Program-made: the position numbers and the translations under genes
Origin: Candidatus Bilamarchaeaceae archaeon
GTDB lineage: Archaea; Micrarchaeota; Micrarchaeia; Anstonellales; Bilamarchaeaceae
Direction: 5' to 3'
Length of the DNA: 64,000 nucleotides
NCBI GenBank assembly: GCA_038851325.1
Contig: JAWCKZ010000002.1
Location: 44,935-108,934, forward strand
Notes under the pieces: generated by a model
Databases searched by the model: none
Told to the model about the DNA's origin: nothing
What the model saw: only the letters and a program-made list of their open reading frames with translations
Part shown: piece by piece, positions 18,941-26,997 of the stretch
Layout: the number at the start of each line of letters is the position of its first letter
Numbering within the stretch: the first letter of the stretch is position 1

Positions 18941-19248
18941 GGCCACGGCCGAGATTCGAACTCGGGTCTAGGGCTATCAGCAGGGTTTTTGCCCTCAGAA
19001 ACACCGAAGACAAAAAGCCCAACACACCCAGAGGAGAAACCTCAGGGCTTTTTCCAGGGTTTTTGCCCTCAGAAACACCGAAGAAACCTCAGGGCTTTTT
19101 CCAAACGGTATTTAGCTCCTGAGACAGTCCTTAGGTCATAAGCACCTGCTTAGGAGCCAAATACCGTTTCCAGGGTTTTTGCCCTCAGAAACACCGAAGA
19201 CAAAAAGCCTCCACAGGCCCCCATGCTAACCACTACACCACCGTGGCC
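18941..19248 (-). tRNA. tRNA-His(GUG) with encoded G-1 and a 235-nt intron at 37/38 (18976..19210)
   Basis: Exons join to G-GCCACGG TG GTGT AGTGGTTA GCAT G GGGGC CT GTG G|A GCCCT AGAC CCGAG TTCGAAT CTCGG CCGTGGC C; all stems pair. Confidence 0.93.
18981..19209. repeat. Direct and inverted repeats inside the tRNA-His intron
   Basis: 30-mer cagggtttttgccctcagaaacaccgaaga at 18981, 19055, 19171; 22-mer agaaacctcagggctttttcca at 19035 and 19082; inverted repeat aaacggtattt (19103) / aaataccgttt (19159). Confidence 0.95.
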
Positions 19249-19410
19249 ATGAGCGAAGCGAATGGCCAGACTTGAACGAAGTTCAAGAAGATGGTCATAA
19301 GGCCGCGGGCATTGTCCAAATAGTTGGTCAATCCAACCGCGGCCATAATGGGAAAGTTTAAAGATATTGTATTAGAAGTATTTAAATAAGTTAAACAAAG
19401 GGGGATTTGA

Positions 19411-20106
19411 ATGACGACGCTTGATAAAGCGATCATCGCTTCTTATGAGAAAGAGGGAAAGCGATTCGAGCTTTACGTAGATCCTGAGGCTGCGTATGCC
19501 TACAAGGAAGGACGGAAGCCAGACCTAAAGAATATACTTGTTGCAGAGGAGGTATACGAGAACGCAAAGAAGGGCGAGCGAGCAAAGGTATCAGATATCC
19601 AAAAGGTCTTCGGGACCACTGACATAATGAAGATTCTTGAGTTGGTGCTTAAGGAGGGAGAAGTACAGCTTACAACAGAGCAGAGAAGAAAAAAACAGGA
19701 GGAAAAGAGAAAACAGATAATTGCAATATTGGCAAGGGAGGCGATAGACCCGCGAACGAAGGCGCCCCATCCTCCACAAAGAATAGAGAGCGCGCTTGAG
19801 CAGGTGCGTATTCAGATAGACCCGTTTAAGGATGCAAGGGAGCAGATACCTGCGATAGTCAAAGAACTCATGCTTATACTTCCAATGAAGTTTGAGAAGG
19901 TAAAGGTGGCCGTGAAAATACCGCCGCAATATGCGCACCGGTGCTATGGAACAATAAAAAGCTATGGTATACAGAAAGAGCAGTGGCAGTCAGATGGCAG
20001 CCTTATTGTCGTTGTTGAAATCTTCGCAGGTGCGCAGGGAGAATTCTACGACAAGCTGAACAAGATGACTGCCGGCAGCGTCGAAACAAGGGTGCTTGAA
20101 GAGTGA
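19411..20106 (+). CDS. Ribosome maturation protein SBDS/Sdo1
   Basis: GKRFELYVDP, GEVQLTTEQRR, IDPRTKAPHPPQRIE. Confidence 0.95.
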   Translation: MTTLDKAIIASYEKEGKRFELYVDPEAAYAYKEGRKPDLKNILVAEEVYENAKKGERAKVSDIQKVFGTTDIMKILELVLKEGEVQLTTEQRRKKQEEKRKQIIAILAREAIDPRTKAPHPPQRIESALEQVRIQIDPFKDAREQIPAIVKELMLILPMKFEKVKVAVKIPPQYAHRCYGTIKSYGIQKEQWQSDGSLIVVVEIFAGAQGEFYDKLNKMTAGSVETRVLEE

Positions 20107-20756
20107 GAGAAATATTTTCTGGTGTTTGGGAAGAGGACCATGAGTTATTAACACAGAATCTTGTTCCAGGCAAAAAGGTGTATAATGAGCGATTACGCCG
20201 TGTCAGCGATAGGGAGTACAGAACATGGAATCCATACAGGAGCAAGCTCGCCGCTGCGCTGAAAAAAGGGCTGAGGACTTTTCCATTTGCAAAGAATGTA
20301 AAGGTCCTTTATCTTGGTGCGTCTACAGGAACTACTGTTTCCCATCTTTCAGATATAATAATCGAAGGAGAGGTATACGCTGTAGAGATTTCGCCTCAGG
20401 CAATGAAAAGCTTGCTTGCAGTAGCTGAGCACAGGGGAAATATAATTCCCATCCATGGAGACGCAAGAAAACCGCATGAATATAAAGAAGTCGGAAAGGT
20501 TGACGTGATTTATCAGGATGTCGCTCAGCCAGATCAAGATGAGATACTGATTGCAAATGCGAAGATGTTTCTGAAGAAAGACGGAATAGCAATGATTGCA
20601 ATAAAGAGCCAGAGCATAGATGTTACGCTTGAGCCGAAGAAAGTTTTCGAACGCGTGTTAAAGAAGCTGGCTGAGCATTTCGAAATCCTTGAAATGATAA
20701 AACTTGAGCCCTTTGACAAGGACCATCTTTTCGTTGTGCTGAGGTTTAAGGGCTGA
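20103..20756 (+). CDS. flpA: Fibrillarin-like rRNA/tRNA 2'-O-methyltransferase
   Basis: YRTWNPYRSKLAAA, VLYLGASTGTTVSHLSD, DVIYQDVAQPDQ, LEPFDKDH. Confidence 0.96.
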   Translation: MREIFSGVWEEDHELLTQNLVPGKKVYNERLRRVSDREYRTWNPYRSKLAAALKKGLRTFPFAKNVKVLYLGASTGTTVSHLSDIIIEGEVYAVEISPQAMKSLLAVAEHRGNIIPIHGDARKPHEYKEVGKVDVIYQDVAQPDQDEILIANAKMFLKKDGIAMIAIKSQSIDVTLEPKKVFERVLKKLAEHFEILEMIKLEPFDKDHLFVVLRFKG

Positions 20757-20765
20757 TGATCTGAT

Positions 20766-21434
20766 ATGCAGCAATGGAATGAGGTTTTCAAAAAAGAGGG
20801 GAAGTACTTTACAAAAATTCGGGAAGAAATCCCTGGAGTTTTAAAACTATTCAAAGATCGCGATGTGAAAAGGATCTTAGATTTGGGCTGCGGTTCAGGC
20901 AGGCATACTGTATATTTTGCCAAAAAGGGATTTGTTGTTTATGGCATTGATATCGCAAAGCAGGGTATCAAGATTACAAAATCTTGGTTGAAAAAAGAAA
21001 ATGTCAAAGCGAATCTAAAAATCGGCTCAATTTATCGCAAACTTCCTTATCCAAATGATTTTTTTGATGCAGTAATCAGCACTCAGACGATCCACCATGC
21101 CAGGATTGGAAATGTCAGGAAGGCGATCAGAGAAATTGAACGGGTATTAAAACAACATGGCTTGATTTTCGTAACAGTTGCAAGGAAGATCAAAAGACGC
21201 TATAAGCAAATTGCGCCCAGGACGTATGTCCCTACCGAGGGTGTTGAAAAAGGGCTGCCACACTATATTTTTAACAAAAAATTGCTCAAAAAAGAATTCA
21301 AGAATTTCAGGATTTTTAGGATCTGGGTCGATTCGTACAAAGGGCAGTATTGCCTGCTTGGTGAATTAAAAAGAAAGAGCAACTCTCACACCGCTCACAC
21401 CAGTTCCTCAGCCCTGAATAGTCTCTCGCAGTAG
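20766..21434 (+). CDS. Class I SAM-dependent methyltransferase
   Basis: RILDLGCGSGRH, YGIDIA, FFDAVIS. Confidence 0.85.
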   Translation: MQQWNEVFKKEGKYFTKIREEIPGVLKLFKDRDVKRILDLGCGSGRHTVYFAKKGFVVYGIDIAKQGIKITKSWLKKENVKANLKIGSIYRKLPYPNDFFDAVISTQTIHHARIGNVRKAIREIERVLKQHGLIFVTVARKIKRRYKQIAPRTYVPTEGVEKGLPHYIFNKKLLKKEFKNFRIFRIWVDSYKGQYCLLGELKRKSNSHTAHTSSSALNSLSQ

Positions 21435-21829
21435 TGGCACCTGTACCCGCTGTCTTCTTTTTTAAATATCTTCAGAACGTTGCTTTCGCTGTTCGTAATA
21501 CAGTTGGGATTCGGGCATATACCGTTGCCTTCTAGTTTTTCAGGCAGCTCCACAGTATATTTCTTCTCTACCTTGCTATTCCTGATGATATTCACGGTTG
21601 CGCCAGGTGATACAAGCGCTATTATGTTAGCCTCATCCTCTGTTATTATTTTCTCTGCGATTTTTACGATGTCTTTTTTCCCCATCTTTTTGCTCGGCGC
21701 ATTGACCACAAGCGCAACATTATACGGATAAGTTTCTGTTATACCCATTATTCTCAGCACCCTCGCGCCCATCCCGGCCTTAATGTGGTCCACAACAGTT
21801 CCTTTTTCAATTGGCTCGACAGTTAGCAT
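21395..21829 (-). CDS. pyrI: Aspartate carbamoyltransferase regulatory chain
   Basis: IEKGTVVDHI, SKKMGKKDIVKI, CPNPNCIT, RCHYCE. Confidence 0.96.
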   Translation of the reverse strand: MLTVEPIEKGTVVDHIKAGMGARVLRIMGITETYPYNVALVVNAPSKKMGKKDIVKIAEKIITEDEANIIALVSPGATVNIIRNSKVEKKYTVELPEKLEGNGICPNPNCITNSESNVLKIFKKEDSGYRCHYCERLFRAEELV

Positions 21830-21834
21830 ACACC

Positions 21835-22734
21835 TCACCCGTTCCTTCTTAAAACATAATCTATTACAGCCATTCTTAGCGGAACACCATAATGTGCCTG
21901 CTCAAAGTATCTTGCCTGTGGCATTTTGTCTATCTCTGGATCTATCTCCCCAACCTTTGGCAGTGGATGGAGTATGACCAAATCTTTCTTCGCTTCAGCA
22001 AGGTCTTCCCTTTTTATCCTGAACTTCTTCATTATCGATTGTGCTTCATACGGATCAGCAAACCTCTCTGCCTGTATTCGACAGACATAGAGAACGTCTG
22101 CGTCCTTAAACTCAGGTTCGCTCTTAGTTTTTACCTCAATTCCAAATCTCCTTTCTACCTCTCTGAGATAATCTGTGTCCATCTCAAGTCCCTTTGGTGA
22201 GATCAGCGTGACGTTCGCGTCAAACATGCCAAGACCATAAACGAGTGACCGCATGGTCCTCGCATGCTTCAAATCGCCAAGAAGTGTCACGTTCAATCCA
22301 GCTATTTTTCCTTTCATCCTTCTTATAGAAAACAGGTCGATGAGTGTCTGCGTAGGATGCTGGTTTCCTCCGTCTCCCCCATTTACGACCGGCTTTTCAC
22401 TCATGTCTGCAGCAAGCCTTGCAGAGCCTTCCTTCGCATGCCTTACCACAAGAACATCCGCATATCCCTCGACAGTTTTTATTGTGTCTGTAAAGCTCTC
22501 CCCCTTCTTCAGAGAACTTAGCTCGGGAAGGAAATCAACGTAGGTCATACCAAGCCGCATGGCGGCAGACTGGAATGAAAGCTTCGTTCTTGTTGATGGT
22601 TCAAAAAAAAGCGTGGCAAGTATCTTTCCCTTCAAATCAATTTTCTTTTTTCCGTCAGCAATCTTTGCTGCGGACTCAAGAATATCATCTACAACATCTT
22701 TTGTCATGTCCCGTATGGAGATAAGGTCCACCAT
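21835..22734 (-). CDS. pyrB: Aspartate carbamoyltransferase catalytic chain
   Basis: FFEPSTRTKLSF, NGGDGGNQHPTQTL, GDLKHARTMRSL, ILHPLP. Confidence 0.97.
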   Translation of the reverse strand: MVDLISIRDMTKDVVDDILESAAKIADGKKKIDLKGKILATLFFEPSTRTKLSFQSAAMRLGMTYVDFLPELSSLKKGESFTDTIKTVEGYADVLVVRHAKEGSARLAADMSEKPVVNGGDGGNQHPTQTLIDLFSIRRMKGKIAGLNVTLLGDLKHARTMRSLVYGLGMFDANVTLISPKGLEMDTDYLREVERRFGIEVKTKSEPEFKDADVLYVCRIQAERFADPYEAQSIMKKFRIKREDLAEAKKDLVILHPLPKVGEIDPEIDKMPQARYFEQAHYGVPLRMAVIDYVLRRNG

Positions 22735-22920
22735 CCCAACACCATAGGGTATTTAAGATCAATATTTATATTTATTCTCTTTGAGGGCGGTGGGGCGAGC
22801 TCGTTCAGGCGCCATTCCTTCTGTGCACAGAAAAGCGCCTACAGGGTGACCGTGATGAAGACGAACAATGCTATTGAAGTTAGCGGAAGCTATAAGGAGG
22901 CGAGCATGATGGGTTTAAAT

Positions 22921-23862
22921 TTACAACAACCTACTTTCTTCTCTTGTGGATGGCAGCTTTATTATTTTTGCAGATTCGCTGCAGATTTTTCTTTTAGAGT
23001 GATTTCTTTCTCCCTTTTCGTCTTTTTTTGTTTTAATCTGGAATTTTTCTTCAATTATTTTTATAGCTTCCTCATATTTTTTCTCTCCCAATAATTCGGC
23101 AACTTTGTTGCTGGCTTCGATAAGGTCGTTAACCAAGATAGAGCTGATCGCAGGTGTTCGCGCTCCCCTTTCCATAGCCTCTGAGATCACCCCATCAATC
23201 GTGTCAAACAGTCGCAGAATTGTGTTGGCTTTTTTGTAGCTGTAGTCTCCGCCAAGCGCAGCCAAGGGTCTGCTTATATATTTTTTTATCAATCCTTCTC
23301 GTGCGGTATGGACGCGTACGACGTTTCCTTCTTTTTCATAGATTCCATACCTATCAAGTTGTGAAATCATCGAATTAATCCTGTCTATAGAATTAGTCAG
23401 AATCCAAAGCTTTATCTCCATTTCTTCTTTATTTTTGAGTTCAAAACCGTTTATTGTTTCAAGCGAGGCGGAAAGAGCAGGAGGGATATTGACCTTGGTT
23501 TTTATCTTAACTATCGATTCTATGTTTTCAACATAGCTATCAATAATATGTGCCTTCTGATTGCATCTGATTAGCCTCTCTAATATATCAAGAGAATCGA
23601 TCGCGCACATCTTAACTTTTTGTCTTATTTCTTCGTGGGGCTTTTGCTTGACTGGCTTCTTAAGTATGTCCAATTCGGAAAATCCAGAAAGTAGTAATCT
23701 GCCATTTTTAACAGCCAGTTTAACAGCCAACTTAGACGGGCATCTATCTAAAAGCTCTTTGTATCTGTCAAGTATTTCCTTTGGCAGTTTTTTTGCTTCT
23801 TCTGGCACAGCGCCTTTATAGCATCTCCTTTTTGTGGTGCCTGGCAAAACCATCTTGTCCAT
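22921..23862 (-). CDS. Hypothetical protein
   Basis: 313-aa ORF filling the gap; helical and Lys/Glu-rich; no family recognised. Confidence 0.6.
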   Translation of the reverse strand: MDKMVLPGTTKRRCYKGAVPEEAKKLPKEILDRYKELLDRCPSKLAVKLAVKNGRLLLSGFSELDILKKPVKQKPHEEIRQKVKMCAIDSLDILERLIRCNQKAHIIDSYVENIESIVKIKTKVNIPPALSASLETINGFELKNKEEMEIKLWILTNSIDRINSMISQLDRYGIYEKEGNVVRVHTAREGLIKKYISRPLAALGGDYSYKKANTILRLFDTIDGVISEAMERGARTPAISSILVNDLIEASNKVAELLGEKKYEEAIKIIEEKFQIKTKKDEKGERNHSKRKICSESAKIIKLPSTREESRLL

Positions 23863-23922
23863 GTGTTTACTCTGTGCTAAACAATTTAAAATAGTATGCT
23901 ATGAGGCCGTAGAGTCATTTTG

Positions 23923-25149
23923 TTAACGAAACTGCTGAGCAGTTTTATATCTAAGAAAAGCACCAACCCCTCCAAAACCGTGAAGAAATTGTGCACCCTC
24001 TGATGTGTCGGTTGAAATTATCTCAACAGGGATATTATTCGCGCGTGCTAGGTCCTCGAGGTCGTCGATTAAATCTTTTACTGTTATAATCTTTGCGTCT
24101 CCACCGCACGTGCACTTTATATGCTCCTCTGGCTTTGTCCTTGTAAGTCTATACGTCTCTGCGCCGCACGCTGCGCACTTATACCAAACAATCTTATAGT
24201 CCAAACCTTCTGAAAGAAGCACACGCTCCGCTTGTTTCGTAGTTATCGCTTCGCGGACCTCTTTTTCACCGTAGGTTGCAAGGCCTTCGTGAACAACATC
24301 TTTTATGAAGTTGTTAATAAGCGTCTTTTCCTTTACAAGCTCCTGTTGTGCAAGAAGCGCCTCGCTCTTTCCGATAACTTCCTGTACCCCATATTCATCA
24401 GTATAACCTGTGTCAACGACTCCGAGTACTTTAATCTGATAATTAAATGGCCTGTCTCTCACAAATATATCTTTGACCGGACCAGGTCCGCCTATAACGA
24501 TACCTTTAACTCGTTCAAGAAAATGTTCATCTATTTTTTCTCCTACTTTCTTGTAGTAGTACTCGATACTTTCCTCGCGCAACCGCTCAAATCTACGGGC
24601 GCTCTGACCTCCCTTTCTTATTTTGGCATGAGCCATGGAGTGCACACGGTCAACGATTTTTGTTTCTGTTCCCCTCACTATTGCAAGGGTTGCCTCCCTA
24701 CCGTCCATCACTACAACGCCATAAGTATCGCGCGTCTCAAGAATCCGTTCTAGAGGTTCGAGAAAAAAGCGGCTATCACATCTGTATATTCCAACCTTAA
24801 GCGGCTCTGGCGGTTCCAAAGAAAAAAGCTGGATGTCAACCTTCGCAGGATTGTCCGATATGTTGCCGGCGAAAACAGCGAGCCCGTTAGGAGGGGTTTC
24901 TCTAAAGAGTTTGAGATGATTTATTATTCGTTCAAGAGCACCGAGCACATTCGTTCGTGTCGTTTTTGATTTTATATTGCTTGCCTGGCTCATCTCCTGC
25001 CGAAGACGATTTCCCATTTCATGTACTGGTGAGCCAGCCGGAATATACACTGATATGAGTTCTGTGCCGCTGCCTGAAAAAGAAGAAAGCATTTTTAACC
25101 ATCGCTTCAGCTCAAAGAGCTTTTCGCTTTTTGTTTTTTCTTCAGCCAT
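23923..25149 (-). CDS. prf1: Peptide chain release factor aRF1
   Basis: GTELISVYIP, ASNIKS, YRCDSRF, GGQSARRFER, GFGGVGAFLRY. Confidence 0.97.
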   Translation of the reverse strand: MAEEKTKSEKLFELKRWLKMLSSFSGSGTELISVYIPAGSPVHEMGNRLRQEMSQASNIKSKTTRTNVLGALERIINHLKLFRETPPNGLAVFAGNISDNPAKVDIQLFSLEPPEPLKVGIYRCDSRFFLEPLERILETRDTYGVVVMDGREATLAIVRGTETKIVDRVHSMAHAKIRKGGQSARRFERLREESIEYYYKKVGEKIDEHFLERVKGIVIGGPGPVKDIFVRDRPFNYQIKVLGVVDTGYTDEYGVQEVIGKSEALLAQQELVKEKTLINNFIKDVVHEGLATYGEKEVREAITTKQAERVLLSEGLDYKIVWYKCAACGAETYRLTRTKPEEHIKCTCGGDAKIITVKDLIDDLEDLARANNIPVEIISTDTSEGAQFLHGFGGVGAFLRYKTAQQFR

Positions 25150-25180
25150 TTCTGTATCCCACCATTTTGTTATTTCACGT

Positions 25181-25855
25181 TTACTCCAGCAATCTTACTT
25201 CCATTGTTTCAAGATCATATTTCATAGCTACGATTCGCAACTTTCCTTCCTCAGCCGCTTTTCTCACTATCTCACTCTTTCTTAACAATTCATCGATTAC
25301 CATTTTTGCGTTTATATCTATTGCCTTATCCACGTTATTTTCAGCTTTTTTTGCAGCCGGTTTTATTTTCTTTATTACTGCTGCAAGGTTGCCCTCCGCA
25401 TGTCCTTCACTACATGCTGCAGTTACAGCCCCGCATTTTGTGTGCGCAAGGACAACAAGGAGCGGTGTATGAAGATGACCTACACCGTATTCTATGCTAC
25501 CGATGCATACCTTGTCGAGTATGTTCCCGGCCGTTTCTACCTTAAAAATATCTCCTATATTAGCATCGAATATATACGATGGAATAACTCTCGAATCAGA
25601 GCACGTCAGCATGGTAACAAACGGGTGTTGTCCGTTTAGAAGTTCTCTGTTTTTTTCAGGTAAATTCTTCTGTTCCATCCTACCTTCCACATATCTTCTA
25701 TTTCCTTCCAAAAGTCGTTCTATCTCCTTTTCACCTACCATACTTTCCACCCTTGAACTCAGCGGTTCCAGCCTCTCAATGCCTGTTTTCCTTTTTGTTG
25801 GTTGTACTGGTTGTACCGCTTTTTCTTCAGGCTTTTTTTGAATTTTTTGTCTCAC
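25181..25855 (-). CDS. Beta-class carbonic anhydrase with charged N-terminal extension
   Basis: CSDSRV, GSIEYGV, HTKCGAV zinc ligands; GTG start after GGTGAG. Confidence 0.92.
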   Translation of the reverse strand: MRQKIQKKPEEKAVQPVQPTKRKTGIERLEPLSSRVESMVGEKEIERLLEGNRRYVEGRMEQKNLPEKNRELLNGQHPFVTMLTCSDSRVIPSYIFDANIGDIFKVETAGNILDKVCIGSIEYGVGHLHTPLLVVLAHTKCGAVTAACSEGHAEGNLAAVIKKIKPAAKKAENNVDKAIDINAKMVIDELLRKSEIVRKAAEEGKLRIVAMKYDLETMEVRLLE

Positions 25856-25951
25856 ATTCTCACCAAAGAATTTATCACAAAAAGCGATTCGCAACTAATT
25901 TGTTCATAATTTGTTCATAATGTTTAAATACCATATCTACGAGAACTCTTC

Positions 25952-26941
25952 ATGGATTTCTGTGCTGTAGTCAAGGATGAACTGAAAGAAATAGAGGATC
26001 AAATCGAGATGTACTTAGCCAACAAGGACGCACGGGTCTACGGTCCGCTTCTTCCATTCATAAAGCGCGGCGGAAAAAGAATAAGACCCATTATTGCGGT
26101 TGTATTCTTTAGAGCGTTTGGCGGCAAAAACTTTAGCGATGTAAAGAAAATCGCAGCTCTTATAGAGTTGTTCCATAATTTCACACTAATTCACGATGAT
26201 ATTGAAGATGACTCAAAATACAGAAGAGGGGAGCCAACGCTTCACGTTCAATACGGAATTCCAATAGCACTTAATTCTGCGGATGCGCTCTATACCTTAG
26301 TATGGCGTGAACTTATCTCTGTCAATATGGACAGAAAAAAACTTTATTGCACTGTAGAGGCATGCGCAAAGGCTTTTACTGAAGTTACAGAAGGACAGGG
26401 GCTAGAGCTTTATTGGGAAAAAAACGGCATCTACGACATTACTGAAGAGGACTATCTCTCTATGATAGATAAAAAGACAGCGGCCCTTTTGGGGCTGTCG
26501 GCTTGGGTTGGAGCCTACCTTGGAGGTGCATCGCGCAAAGAGCGGATCGAAGCAGAAAAATTTGGAAGAACAGTTGGTATCGCATTTCAGATACAGGACG
26601 ATGTTCTGAACGTCTCCGGGGATTTTAAGAAGTATCAGAAAAAAATAGGGGACGATATAACAGAAGGAAAGAGAACCCTGATGGTTATAAAGGCGCTACA
26701 AGATGGAGAGCCCGCAGACAAAGAAAGGTTAAAAACATTACTTGCAAGCCATACTACTGATCCTGCTCAAATAACCGAAGCCATAGACATATTGAAAAAA
26801 TATGGCGCGATAGAGTACGCAAAGGAGCGAGCAAATGTGCTCGTGGAAGACGCTTTAGACCATATAAGCCACATGAAAGATTCGAATTATAAAAAAGCTT
26901 TGTGCGAGATCGCAAATTTTGCGATTACACGAGAAAGATAA
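25952..26941 (+). CDS. idsA: Geranylgeranyl diphosphate synthase (polyprenyl synthetase)
   Basis: GGKRIRP, HDDIEDDSKYRRG, KKTAAL, FQIQDD, GDDITEGKRT. Confidence 0.92.
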   Translation: MDFCAVVKDELKEIEDQIEMYLANKDARVYGPLLPFIKRGGKRIRPIIAVVFFRAFGGKNFSDVKKIAALIELFHNFTLIHDDIEDDSKYRRGEPTLHVQYGIPIALNSADALYTLVWRELISVNMDRKKLYCTVEACAKAFTEVTEGQGLELYWEKNGIYDITEEDYLSMIDKKTAALLGLSAWVGAYLGGASRKERIEAEKFGRTVGIAFQIQDDVLNVSGDFKKYQKKIGDDITEGKRTLMVIKALQDGEPADKERLKTLLASHTTDPAQITEAIDILKKYGAIEYAKERANVLVEDALDHISHMKDSNYKKALCEIANFAITRER

Positions 26942-26997
26942 CGTTTTAAACTCTTTTTCCCATATACTGTAAACAACAAGCAAATACCGAACGCTTA

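Larger units (their letters stand above)
18924..19287. repeat. 17-bp palindrome CTTGAAC-GAA-GTTCAAG on both sides of tRNA-His
   Basis: Identical copies at 18924-18940 and 19271-19287. Confidence 0.9.

Noticed and set aside
18981-19200. Three 30-bp direct repeats resembling a mini CRISPR array
   Set aside because: Spacing is irregular, the intervening sequence is itself repeated, the repeats lie inside a tRNA intron, and no cas genes are present
18925-19436. Short ORFs 18925-19122 and 19233-19436
   Set aside because: They overlap the tRNA-His gene and its leader or promoter
22806-22842. Hairpin followed by ACA as a possible H/ACA guide; nearby GTGATGA as a possible C box
   Set aside because: No K-turn, the pocket-to-ACA distance is too short, and there is no CTGA D box at a suitable spacing
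25896-25917. Direct repeat taatttgttca x2 in the carbonic anhydrase/idsA divergent promoter
   Set aside because: Short and AT-rich; could be chance or an ordinary promoter element
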